Shown: positions 30,750 through 40,052, counted from the first letter of the stretch. The stretch is DNA of 40,860 nt from Minisyncoccota bacterium (GCA_041660745.1 JBAZVT010000004.1:1-40860); one strand, 5' to 3'. Translations and numbers: made by a program. Notes: generated from the sequence alone by a model not told the origin.

Positions 30750-33140
30750 CTATCTGACGTTCCACCCCTCCTGGCCATTAAGTGCAACAGTCACCTTCTC
30801 CATAACAGAAACAAGTTCTTCCTCAGACAAGGTTTTCTCAAATGACTGGTACACGAGACGAAAAGCATATGACGTTTTTGTTTCACCCTCTCCAAATTTC
30901 TTCGTAAACACATCAAACAGCTTCGCCCGAACAAGAAGCGGGCCTGCACTTTTTGAAATAACATCTAACACATCCTCTGCCGACACCCCTTCAGGCACAA
31001 ACACTGCCACGTCACGCACCGCATAAGGATATGTTGAAATCGTTCTGTACTTTGGAATAGCACTACTTGTTACAAGCATTTCTTTTTCGTATTTTTCTGC
31101 ATCAGGTAATTTCTCTAAGAGTGCGTCAAAAATAATTTCAACAACAGAATTCTTTTGTTGAATAAAAGGCTTCAAATCAATTCCCCACACTCTAGAAAGA
31201 CCTTCTATCACACAAGCAAGTTCCTCGTCTTCCTTGGACCCCTTATACCCCTTCTGATTTTTAACACCGAATGCAAATCGTACTGATTCGCCCTTTTTAG
31301 GAAACACTGCCCCAACCTCGAACAACTTGATTTGATCAATACCAACAAGATCAGCATTACGCGCGTTAAAGTCCAGGGAGGACGCTAGTGCATCAGAGAG
31401 GTTCGTACGAAGATGGTTTTTGTCAGACGCAAGTGGCTTTAATACTTCTATGTCGCCCTTAGGAACAAACACGTACGTGTACACCTCCGAAAAACCTTTT
31501 TCCAAAAGTACTTCTCGAGCACGCAACATATAATAATACCGTTTATTGACCGAAGGCTTTCTGTCTATATGAGAAAGAAGTTTTGTCTCTATTTTTTCAT
31601 ACCCATGCAATCTACCAATTTCTTCAATAATATCTTCTGGTCGCGTAATATCAAGTCTCTCCACAGGGACAGTTACAACAAAACGTCCAAGATTAATACT
31701 TGGAAGACGTCTAAAGCCGACAATATGCTGAAAAGAAGTACTCTTTGAAATTTCTTCAACAACAACACCCTTACCCTCATGGGCTGTAGCGTGGATTATT
31801 TTTCCCTCACCAAGATATATGCCGACATGATCAACACCCTCAGGAACCTTTACCCCTTTCATGTATTCCTTAGACTCAAAATGAATATTTCCAACCCCGC
31901 TATTAGAAAAAACTAAATCGCCAGGGGTCAACTCTTCCTGTTTTATTTCATCAGTATATATATACTGATCAACGGAAATTCTGGGAATCGTGTACCCCAC
32001 CTGAGAACAGATGTACGAAACAAAAGACGAACAATCAAAAAGACGTGGAGCATCGCGGCGGACGGAAGCACCACTTTTGTATGGAGCACCAACAACAGTG
32101 GGTGCGAGACTCAAAATCTTTGATTTGGGATCAACATACTCACACACAATTCCTAATTTCAAAAGAGTATCAACAACATCTTTCTCTGATATATTCAAAC
32201 CGAGGACGGAACGTATTTTTTCAAGAGTCACGCCTGTCTTAAAAGGAGAAGCCGGGCGAGGATAAACATCAACAGTCCCCTCAACAGTTGTATCACCACT
32301 GCCTGCGATTTCCATCAAAATTTTTACAACAAGAGCCATGGCTTGTTCTGCAATTTCCGGGGCTATACCATTCTCAAAACGAACAGAGGCATCGGTTCTG
32401 ATACCAACCTTCTTGGAAGTAAGTCGTGTGGTAATCGGATTGAAGTTTGCAGATTCAACAATAATATTTTTTGTTTCAGAATCAATTTCCGCTTTCTTGC
32501 CACCTTTAATACCAGCAATACCTAATGCATCACCGGAATTACCGTCACAAATCAGTAACGTCCCCTGAGGAAGTTCGTGTACAGCACCATCAAGAAGTGT
32601 TATCTTCTCACCCATATCAGAACCACGTACAGCAACACTCCACACACCTTCGCGGCCCTCCATCTTATCCATATCAAATGCATGTAATGGCTGCCCGAGG
32701 GAAAACATGACAAAATTTGTCGCATCCACGATATTATTGATAGATCTCTGTCCCATCGATTCAAGCTTCTTCATGAGCCACTCTGGAGATGGCCCAACAC
32801 GAACATTTTTTATCACGGTGCCAACATATCGAAGACATTGAGTCTCGTCTTCAATATCAACTCTGAGAATTTTCGAAAGTGGTGTATTAAATTTCGAAGA
32901 AAAAAGATCTTTTTTTACATCCAGATTACATATCGCACCGACTTCACGCGCCATTCCAAAATATGATAAACAGTCATGATTACGATTCGGTAGTACTTTT
33001 ACATCAAAAATAATATCATCCTTCACCTCATCCACCGATTCAATCTCAAAAGACTTCATGGTGATAGTCTCGACGAGTTCCTTAGGTGTCGGTAATGAAC
33101 CACCGAAATATTCTTTAAGCCAATTATAACTAATTTTCAT
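30750..33140 (-). CDS. pheT: Phenylalanyl-tRNA synthetase beta subunit with an inserted NlpC/P60 domain
   Basis: MKISYNWLKEY N-terminus, B3/4 block INNIVDATNFVM..GQPLHAFD, B5 block, DIIEEIGRLHGYEKI, C-terminal FDX-ACB-like region. Confidence 0.93.
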   Translation of the reverse strand: MKISYNWLKEYFGGSLPTPKELVETITMKSFEIESVDEVKDDIIFDVKVLPNRNHDCLSYFGMAREVGAICNLDVKKDLFSSKFNTPLSKILRVDIEDETQCLRYVGTVIKNVRVGPSPEWLMKKLESMGQRSINNIVDATNFVMFSLGQPLHAFDMDKMEGREGVWSVAVRGSDMGEKITLLDGAVHELPQGTLLICDGNSGDALGIAGIKGGKKAEIDSETKNIIVESANFNPITTRLTSKKVGIRTDASVRFENGIAPEIAEQAMALVVKILMEIAGSGDTTVEGTVDVYPRPASPFKTGVTLEKIRSVLGLNISEKDVVDTLLKLGIVCEYVDPKSKILSLAPTVVGAPYKSGASVRRDAPRLFDCSSFVSYICSQVGYTIPRISVDQYIYTDEIKQEELTPGDLVFSNSGVGNIHFESKEYMKGVKVPEGVDHVGIYLGEGKIIHATAHEGKGVVVEEISKSTSFQHIVGFRRLPSINLGRFVVTVPVERLDITRPEDIIEEIGRLHGYEKIETKLLSHIDRKPSVNKRYYYMLRAREVLLEKGFSEVYTYVFVPKGDIEVLKPLASDKNHLRTNLSDALASSLDFNARNADLVGIDQIKLFEVGAVFPKKGESVRFAFGVKNQKGYKGSKEDEELACVIEGLSRVWGIDLKPFIQQKNSVVEIIFDALLEKLPDAEKYEKEMLVTSSAIPKYRTISTYPYAVRDVAVFVPEGVSAEDVLDVISKSAGPLLVRAKLFDVFTKKFGEGETKTSYAFRLVYQSFEKTLSEEELVSVMEKVTVALNGQEGWNVR
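31683..32129 (-). other. NlpC/P60 papain-like cysteine peptidase domain inserted in the PheT B5 region (aa ~338-486)
   Basis: GAPYKSG....FDCSSFV (Cys370, codon 32031-32033) ... PGDLVF ... DHVGIYLGEGKIIHA (His438, His450). Confidence 0.8.
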
Positions 33141-33149
33141 AAGTATTTT

Positions 33150-33902
33150 TTAGAACTGATTTACAACACGGAGATCTCCTGAATAAAGCTGTCGAATATC
33201 GTCAATACCATATTTAAGCATTACAAGCCTGTCTATACCATATCCAAACGCAAAACCCTGATATTTTTCTGGGTTAATACCGACTCCCTCAAGCACCTTG
33301 GGATGCACCATTCCCGATCCACCCAACTCAATCCAACCAGTTCCTTTACAGACATTACAACCAGCTCCCTCACACTTGAAACATTGCATATCAAATTCAA
33401 AACCAGGTTCAACGAAAGGAAAATAACTTGGTCGAAAACGAGCAACAACTTTCTTCCCAAAAAACTTTTCAAAAAATTGTTCAAGAGTTCCTTTAAGATG
33501 TGCTACTGAAATTTCTGTATCAATCATCAAACATTCAATCTGATGAAACTGAGCTTCATGGGTTGCATCGGTAGCTTCATTTCTAAAAACCTTGCCGGCA
33601 GAGATAATCTTGATCGGTGGTTTATGTTTTTCCATATAACGAATCTGGACGGACGACGTATGTGTTCGAAGTAATTTACGAGACGATTCAGGCTTCAACC
33701 AAAACGTATCTTGCATATCTCGTGCAGGGTGAAACGAGGGCACATTAAGTGCATCAAAGTTGTACCATTCTTCTTCCATTTCTGGACCATCAACACTTTC
33801 AAACCCCATTTCGTTAAAAATAGAGACGATATCTTTTATAACAATAGAAAGCGGGTGCAGATGTCCTTCGTTCTTCTCGGGCGTTGATTCATTTGTATTC
33901 AT
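33150..33902 (-). CDS. pheS: Phenylalanyl-tRNA synthetase alpha subunit (short, catalytic core only)
   Basis: HPL..., SFHPARDMQDTF, FRNEATDATHEAQFHQIE (motif 2), GGSGMVHPKVL, GFAFGYGIDRL (motif 3). 250 aa. Confidence 0.93.
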   Translation of the reverse strand: MNTNESTPEKNEGHLHPLSIVIKDIVSIFNEMGFESVDGPEMEEEWYNFDALNVPSFHPARDMQDTFWLKPESSRKLLRTHTSSVQIRYMEKHKPPIKIISAGKVFRNEATDATHEAQFHQIECLMIDTEISVAHLKGTLEQFFEKFFGKKVVARFRPSYFPFVEPGFEFDMQCFKCEGAGCNVCKGTGWIELGGSGMVHPKVLEGVGINPEKYQGFAFGYGIDRLVMLKYGIDDIRQLYSGDLRVVNQF

Positions 33903-33949
33903 ACGTCTATAGTACAGAAAAAAGGCGCTCTTTTCAATGTAACCTTATA

Positions 33950-34852
33950 TTAAAATGTTAATCCAAAATACTTCCCATCAGATTTTATATATACCGTCTC
34001 GGCATTGTCTACACGAAAATCAGCACCGGGAACCGCATAGACCGATTGTTTATTCTGACCTCCACGCCAGTCTACTTCTATTGCAAATACACCGCCGGGA
34101 ACTGTTACAAGCACAACATCCTCACGTCCTGGGAAAAAATCAAAGCTACCCACCTGCATAGTTTGTGGTGTCACGAGAATTTTATCCTGACAGATAGTTC
34201 CGTCACAGAAAAAAGGAGGTAAGGAATCAGGTCCACCCTTCCACTCAGCAAAAATAGAACCTTTCTCTTTCCAAATTCTCATTTTCTGACGAATGAGTTC
34301 GTCGGTTGTAGTAGCTGTACTTGTTGCCTTTACCTGAACAACTTTTTGTGAGACCAGTTTCTTTTGACTCGTAGAAGCAAAAAGTGAAATCACTTGTGGA
34401 TACAGCGAATTCTCATCCCTCCGAAGAAGACGTGGTGTTGTTGAAGCATCAACGTCTGTTTCAATATATTTTGTAATCTCAACTGCTTTCGGCACTACCG
34501 GAAACATGAATGACCCCGCCTGAGTCACTTCTTTTTCATATACACTAAGATTCTTCTTCCATGATTGCAAACCCTCCTTACGAACTTCGATAGAATACAA
34601 TGCGGGACTTAAATTTTGCAGGAAAAAGTTCTTTTGGAAAAAGCTCGTTTGTTTTATTAATTTATTATTAATAAGCACATCAGATCCAGAGACATCTACA
34701 GCAATAAAAATACCTCCCGTTTGTTTAAGAGAAAAACCGTCGCCAAATCTATACCCCGTTGCGTACAAAATCAAAAAAGGAATTGTTACAAAAAAAATAA
34801 TAACAACTGCTATGAAATATACCCAACGACGCCTCTCTGAAAGTCCTTTCAT
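33950..34852 (-). CDS. Membrane-anchored PEGA-domain protein
   Basis: N-terminal TM segment; DVLINNKLIKQT.....NLSPALYSIEVRKEGLQSWKKNLSV resembles a PEGA domain. Confidence 0.55.
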   Translation of the reverse strand: MKGLSERRRWVYFIAVVIIFFVTIPFLILYATGYRFGDGFSLKQTGGIFIAVDVSGSDVLINNKLIKQTSFFQKNFFLQNLSPALYSIEVRKEGLQSWKKNLSVYEKEVTQAGSFMFPVVPKAVEITKYIETDVDASTTPRLLRRDENSLYPQVISLFASTSQKKLVSQKVVQVKATSTATTTDELIRQKMRIWKEKGSIFAEWKGGPDSLPPFFCDGTICQDKILVTPQTMQVGSFDFFPGREDVVLVTVPGGVFAIEVDWRGGQNKQSVYAVPGADFRVDNAETVYIKSDGKYFGLTF

Positions 34853-34888
34853 TGAAATGAATTATATCACACTAGTAAAACAAATTTT

Positions 34889-36439
34889 CTAATCAACCGC
34901 CTGAACCCGATGCTTTGGTGTTACCCAGAACCCCATATATTTACCAAGCATCAGGCGTGTTTGTGCATCAAGTCCAGGAAATGCTCCAAATAACGTAATC
35001 GTAAGTGGGACAAATACCCACTGCGCAATCATCCAAAAAAACTTTGTTCGAGATACATGAGACGGGCGTGGCGGTAACAATGACATAGAAATCAATGCTG
35101 ATGCAACAAGCCCTGTCATAGCGAAAATCATCAAATCACGAGTAACGACAGGAAGGTTATGTGAAAGTAATGTGGAATTGAAACGAGATCCGCCAAGAGC
35201 AAGAGGAAGCCATCCGAGCAAGAATATCATGATAGGGTTCGTTGAAAGAGACCAAAATCCTTCTAACTGGGTAAACGCAAAGCCGAGTTTTTTCCTCAAA
35301 GGCATTTTTTTATTCTTAACAAATCCAAAGAGAATGTATGGAATATTCTCAACACCCCACATCCAACGACGATGCTGTTTGTAAATATTTTGTGAAGTTT
35401 GGAAGAGTGTTGGTGCAAGGTTTGCATCCATTGATACTGGATACGATATTGGAATCACAGAATAGTCTCCATCGTGAGCAAGGAGCAAGTTCCAGAAGAT
35501 ACGTGAATCTTCTGATACCATATTTCTCTGCCAGTACCCTATTTCGTGTAACGCTTTAAAACTGACCGCATGAGAAGAAAACGTCGCAAGCTTTTCTGGA
35601 CGCTCTTGTTGAATCATTTGCCAAAACGTACTTGAAGCCGCCATAACACGAGAAAGAGCTGGTGCATTCCAAATATTGTTATTATAAAGAGGCACAGGCT
35701 GAAAAGAAACCTTGTATGGATTAGGTGCTGTGAGAAAGTGCCATGTCAAACAAAGAAAGTAATCTGGGTAGGCAACAGTATCAATATCAAAGGCAGACAC
35801 AATAACATCCTCGTAAGGAATTAGCTGTATGTCTAAAGAATGAGTGCGCGCATATTCTGCAGCATACGAAATATTTGATCCTTTGCCAGGCATATCTCCA
35901 GGGATATCTTTTGGATGAACAGAAATAATAAAGTCAGCAAATACAGAGCCGTATTTCTTTTTCATTTGTTCGGCAACCACAAGAGCTTCACGACCAGCAC
36001 GCTCTTCAGCAGCCAGAACTACAATCATTCTTTTCTTATCCCACCGAGTTACCTTGAGAGCTTCAATACTTTGTTCCACAACTTCAATTCCCTCTTTATA
36101 AAACGGCAGCAACACCATGTGGTAGAGGTGTTCATATTTCATATTGAGAATAAGCTGTGACCAATCCACCGACATGTTGTATTTCATTCGCTTCCAATTG
36201 TGACGAAGATGAATAGACATGTATATGGTCTTCAAAAGCCAGTACAAGTCAAAGATAATAATGAAATATGCAACAGCAACAGGTGCCCAGTATGAAAAAG
36301 CGATGGTAGCAAAAATAGTACCCCACGCAAGGAACCCAGGGATTATCTCAAAAAAACGGTATAACAGCCTATCAGTGCCAGAAAGGTCCGATGCACGGCC
36401 AACGTGAAAATATGGGGATCTTGAATATTCTAGGGCCAT
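34889..36439 (-). CDS. Membrane-embedded processive glycosyltransferase family 2 (cellulose/chitin-synthase-like)
   Basis: Multiple TM segments flank a GT-A domain with FDIDT, SEDSRIFW (ED) and QHRRWMWG (Q..RW). Confidence 0.8.
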   Translation of the reverse strand: MALEYSRSPYFHVGRASDLSGTDRLLYRFFEIIPGFLAWGTIFATIAFSYWAPVAVAYFIIIFDLYWLLKTIYMSIHLRHNWKRMKYNMSVDWSQLILNMKYEHLYHMVLLPFYKEGIEVVEQSIEALKVTRWDKKRMIVVLAAEERAGREALVVAEQMKKKYGSVFADFIISVHPKDIPGDMPGKGSNISYAAEYARTHSLDIQLIPYEDVIVSAFDIDTVAYPDYFLCLTWHFLTAPNPYKVSFQPVPLYNNNIWNAPALSRVMAASSTFWQMIQQERPEKLATFSSHAVSFKALHEIGYWQRNMVSEDSRIFWNLLLAHDGDYSVIPISYPVSMDANLAPTLFQTSQNIYKQHRRWMWGVENIPYILFGFVKNKKMPLRKKLGFAFTQLEGFWSLSTNPIMIFLLGWLPLALGGSRFNSTLLSHNLPVVTRDLMIFAMTGLVASALISMSLLPPRPSHVSRTKFFWMIAQWVFVPLTITLFGAFPGLDAQTRLMLGKYMGFWVTPKHRVQAVD

Positions 36440-36507
36440 AATTGAATACGGACAGTATATATGAAAATGAGGAAAAAGGAAGGAGAATGCTCAAAATACA
36501 CAGGGCC

Positions 36508-37503
36508 TTACGGACGCTGGGAATGTTGATACTGAGCTAGATAATCTTGATAATTTTGTATAACCTGCGATTTTCCCTTCTGGTGCTGATACGGCAACTT
36601 GTAAACGATATTCAGAATTATTGCGGCATGCAGAACTTTTTCATCTAAAGCACCGCCTTCGATATAACCGCCCACAAGCTGTTTTGGGTAGGTCCCGAAA
36701 ACCGCTATGTAATTTACAAGGGTACGACCCAAATCAACATAACCATTATTAAAAAGTGGATTTGGATCAAACACTGTTAGGGGCTCTGTGGCAAACAAGT
36801 GTCCAGCACTATAGTCAAAATGGCAGTAACTACTTTTATTACTGTCGCCAATGTAATCAACAAGAATATCTCTTGCTTGATCGAAAGTACCCTGTTCTTG
36901 AGTTAATAAATTATTTTCTTCAATATACTTTACTCTGTTTGCCATTTCTGATGAGTCGATCCACTCTTTGAATGAGACAAATTCTCCCTCACCGTCAACA
37001 ACCCGACCAAAACCTTTCGACTCCGGTATGTGCATGGCACGCAAAATTTTACCAGCCTCAAAATACATATTTTGCTTAGCATTTTCGTCTCCTTTGTATT
37101 TTGCTTCTGCAGTAGGCGCATCAATGTATTCCATCAAAATATACGGGTTGTCAGCAAATTTCCCCTCTTTATACACATGAGGCGTTGAAATACCAGCAGC
37201 CTCCCACGTCTTCAAAAACAAGGCTTCACTGCCGTCCGATACAGTATTATTTAATGCAATTTTGAGAACAAATTTTTCATCTCCAACCTCAACAAAACAA
37301 ACCAGAGAAGAAACACCTTCATGAGAAAATTCAACTTCAACTTTTTTTCCTTTAAATAATTCGTCAGTGGACAAAAAATTCTCAACATGAGGAATTAGCG
37401 CCAAACGCCGATCATCTCTTTTTTTATCTATCTCTGCACCAGAAAGCTTCGGTTGATTTTTAAAATGTATCATTGATGGTTCTCGTTCAAAATTAGATTC
37501 CAC
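36508..37503 (-). CDS. Aminoglycoside phosphotransferase / choline kinase-family kinase-like protein
   Basis: CHFDYSAGHLF (H.D catalytic loop) and VFDPNP. Start uncertain: GTG at 37503 or ATG at 37473. Confidence 0.65.
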   Translation of the reverse strand: MESNFEREPSMIHFKNQPKLSGAEIDKKRDDRRLALIPHVENFLSTDELFKGKKVEVEFSHEGVSSLVCFVEVGDEKFVLKIALNNTVSDGSEALFLKTWEAAGISTPHVYKEGKFADNPYILMEYIDAPTAEAKYKGDENAKQNMYFEAGKILRAMHIPESKGFGRVVDGEGEFVSFKEWIDSSEMANRVKYIEENNLLTQEQGTFDQARDILVDYIGDSNKSSYCHFDYSAGHLFATEPLTVFDPNPLFNNGYVDLGRTLVNYIAVFGTYPKQLVGGYIEGGALDEKVLHAAIILNIVYKLPYQHQKGKSQVIQNYQDYLAQYQHSQRP

Positions 37504-37564
37504 AATTTAAGTATAACAGATAGGCGGATTTTAAAAATATCTCACGCGTGGTTAAAAAACTTAT

Positions 37565-37987
37565 TTACTGATTTTTAATATATTTATTCATTCGCCACTT
37601 CCTACCATTTCCCCTGTTGAGGTTCTTATAAAAAGGAGTGAGAGCGTGACAATTTGGACATAGTAGTTTGAGATTATCTTCTTGATTATTTTCTGAATTA
37701 CCATCTACATGTTCTATTTCTAACGGAACAACACCTGTAACTGGATGGTGTTTAGCCCAACTGCATTCAACACATTTATTATTAAATTTCTCTATAAAAT
37801 ATCGTTTTAAATGTTTAGAAATATTTCTTGTCGCTATACCCCTATTGCCCTGCAATAATCCATTTTTCCATAACCCTATCCATTTTTTATATTGAAAATC
37901 CATCTGACACTTGTTGGAACAGAATTTTATTTTATGTCTTTCTGTCAACAGAGACTCGCAACCAATACAAAATCTATCTTTTTTCAT
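37565..37987 (-). CDS. HNH endonuclease with an N-terminal Cys-rich zinc-finger-like segment
   Basis: C.EC...........LEIEHVDGNSENN..DNL.LLCPNCHA beta-beta-alpha-Me motif; CIGC....C..KC at the N-terminus. Confidence 0.85.
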   Translation of the reverse strand: MKKDRFCIGCESLLTERHKIKFCSNKCQMDFQYKKWIGLWKNGLLQGNRGIATRNISKHLKRYFIEKFNNKCVECSWAKHHPVTGVVPLEIEHVDGNSENNQEDNLKLLCPNCHALTPFYKNLNRGNGRKWRMNKYIKNQ

Positions 37988-38050
37988 AAGATAAGTATAC
38001 CACAGTAATTCCTCTCTATGGTCTACAGAAAACGCGAAATTTTACAAATC

Positions 38051-38108
38051 AGATGGCTCACAAAATAAAAACCGCACCTTTGTGCGATTTTTATTTTGTG
38101 AGCCATCT
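38051..38108 (-). terminator. tRNA-Thr trailer hairpin/terminator: 21-bp perfect inverted repeat that includes the acceptor 3' strand
   Basis: agatggctcacaaaataaaaa (38051-38071) pairs with tttttattttgtgagccatct (38088-38108); inner cgcac/gtgcg stem. Confidence 0.7.
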
Positions 38109-38173
38109 GTCAGGATCGAACTGACGACATCTACTTTACAAAAGTAGTGCTCTACCAACTGAGCTAAGATGGC
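38101..38173 (-). tRNA. tRNA-Thr (anticodon UGU), no encoded CCA
   Basis: - strand gccatct/agatggc acceptor, gctc/gagc D stem, ctact-ttTGTaa-agtag anticodon arm, gtcag-ttcgatc-ctgac T arm. 73 nt. Confidence 0.92.
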
Positions 38174-38243
38174 TTAAACTAACTCCAAAAGGATAGCAAA
38201 AAAAACGAAGAGACACAAGAGCAAAAATACAATCTTTATAATA

Positions 38244-38636
38244 CTATTTTATCTCATGCCGCGCAGAAAGATGTTGCTTAAACTTCGCAATATCCTTAAA
38301 GTAAAACGATACCGCTCCGCGACGGCGTAATATCTGACGCCCCTTCACATAGTTTCTTATTGCTGTGTACTGAACAGATGAAGCATGCCACACATGAGCA
38401 ATCCACATCTTCACCGTCACCTGCATAAACACATTTATTTTTGATTTTACAACTGCGCGACGGGTACGTAGTGTAATTTTCCAATCATGCACTTTTTGTC
38501 TCAAAGAATAATCTAATCGTCGAGTTATACAGTGAAAAAAGAGATCTCGATCAACCCACTCTTGATACATCTTCATTAGCAACGTTCCAATAACGCCAGC
38601 AAGTGAGATATAAAAAGTTGTGATGAGAAATGTCAT
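38244..38636 (-). CDS. Hypothetical protein with an N-terminal TM helix, basic
   Basis: 130-aa ORF starting 3 nt after the tsf stop; no family recognised. Confidence 0.45.
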   Translation of the reverse strand: MTFLITTFYISLAGVIGTLLMKMYQEWVDRDLFFHCITRRLDYSLRQKVHDWKITLRTRRAVVKSKINVFMQVTVKMWIAHVWHASSVQYTAIRNYVKGRQILRRRGAVSFYFKDIAKFKQHLSARHEIK

Positions 38637-38639
38637 AAA

Positions 38640-39227
38640 TTACTTCGTCCCAACCGCAAAACGAACGAATCGTACAAGCTCCATTTTCTCTCCAAATTTC
38701 TGAACAGCACCATCTATGAGGGCCTGAATTGTAAGTTCTGGATTTTTCACAAATGGCTGTTCGAGGAGAATTTTATCCTGGAAAAATGCATTGACCTTAC
38801 CTTCCAATATTTGTGCCTTGAGGTTCTCTGGTTTACCCTTTACCTCTTCCTCAAACACGTCAGTAGCAGCCTTCTTTGCTTCTTCACTGATATCTTCCTT
38901 ACGGATAAATTCAGGGTTTGTAGCAGCAATATGCATCGCAATATCACGAGTAAGTTTCTTGAACTCCTCGTTATTACTGACGAAATCAGTCTCACATGCG
39001 AGTTCCACCATAACACCGACGGTGCCCGTACTGTGAATATATGACTCAATGCATCCAGCCCCAAGAGTGCGGTCTGCCTTTTTACTTGCAGCCTCTTTAC
39101 TCTTCTTCTGTAAAATGATAAGAGCCTTTGCAGCATCTCCATTAGCCTCTTCAAGAGCCTTTTTACACTGCATGACAGAAATACCTGTCTGATCTCGCAA
39201 TTCTTTGATTTGTTCTGTAGTGATCAT
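38640..39227 (-). CDS. tsf: Elongation factor Ts (short form)
   Basis: ITTEQIKELRDQTGISVMQCKKALEEANGD UBA-like N-terminus, CETDFV block. Confidence 0.92.
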   Translation of the reverse strand: MITTEQIKELRDQTGISVMQCKKALEEANGDAAKALIILQKKSKEAASKKADRTLGAGCIESYIHSTGTVGVMVELACETDFVSNNEEFKKLTRDIAMHIAATNPEFIRKEDISEEAKKAATDVFEEEVKGKPENLKAQILEGKVNAFFQDKILLEQPFVKNPELTIQALIDGAVQKFGEKMELVRFVRFAVGTK

Positions 39228-39317
39228 GAGCTTAAAAAAGTTAATGCCTACTTAAAAGATAATAGATATATTATACAAGAGAAAGCAACTGTCTGCCACG
39301 TCAAACGTAATGAAGTT

Positions 39318-40052
39318 TTAGGCAACAAGTTTCTTCTTTGCAGCGAGTGCAACACCCTCTCGGTATGCACCGACGATTTCATCGACAAAAAGTTTAACAC
39401 TTCGTAGTGCTGAATCGTTAGCGGGAATAGCGTATTTAACAGCGGTCAAATCACAGTCTGAACCAGAAAGACTAACGACAGGAATATTGATTGTGTTTGC
39501 TTCAGCAAGTGCATTGTGTTCACGCTTTGCATCAATAATGAAAAGTGCTTTTGGAGCAGACTTGAGCTTTGAAAGACCTGAAAACATTTCTTTCAATTTA
39601 TCAATTTCGCGATCGATTATGAGACGCTCTTTCTTGGTGTACTTTGCAAGTTCACCCTTTTCTCTCTTGGAAATAAGATCTTCCATTTTCTCAACACGGC
39701 CACGGATAGCAGAGAAGTTTGTAAGAGTGCCACCAATCCAACGTCCAGCAACATACGGCATACCAATGACGTCTGCACCAGCCTTAATAGCATCTTTTGC
39801 TTCATTCTTTCCACCAACAAAAAGGAGGACAGTACCAGCCTCACCTAGAGAACGGACGTAATCCTTTGCAATATTGAGCTGCTCTACTGTTTTTTCAAGG
39901 TCAAAGATTTCAACGCGATTCTTAACGCCAAAAATAAATGGCTTTGCAGATGGGTGTCTGCGGGTCTTTGAGTATGCAAAATGAGCGCCTGCTTTAAACA
40001 TCGCGTCTATCATTGGGTTCATTTCTTTGTTTGCTTCCGTTCCGTTAGTCAT
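39318..40052 (-). CDS. rpsB: 30S ribosomal protein S2
   Basis: MFKAGAHFAYSKTRRHP, ILFVGGK, RWIGGTLTNF; position upstream of tsf. Confidence 0.95.
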   Translation of the reverse strand: MTNGTEANKEMNPMIDAMFKAGAHFAYSKTRRHPSAKPFIFGVKNRVEIFDLEKTVEQLNIAKDYVRSLGEAGTVLLFVGGKNEAKDAIKAGADVIGMPYVAGRWIGGTLTNFSAIRGRVEKMEDLISKREKGELAKYTKKERLIIDREIDKLKEMFSGLSKLKSAPKALFIIDAKREHNALAEANTINIPVVSLSGSDCDLTAVKYAIPANDSALRSVKLFVDEIVGAYREGVALAAKKKLVA

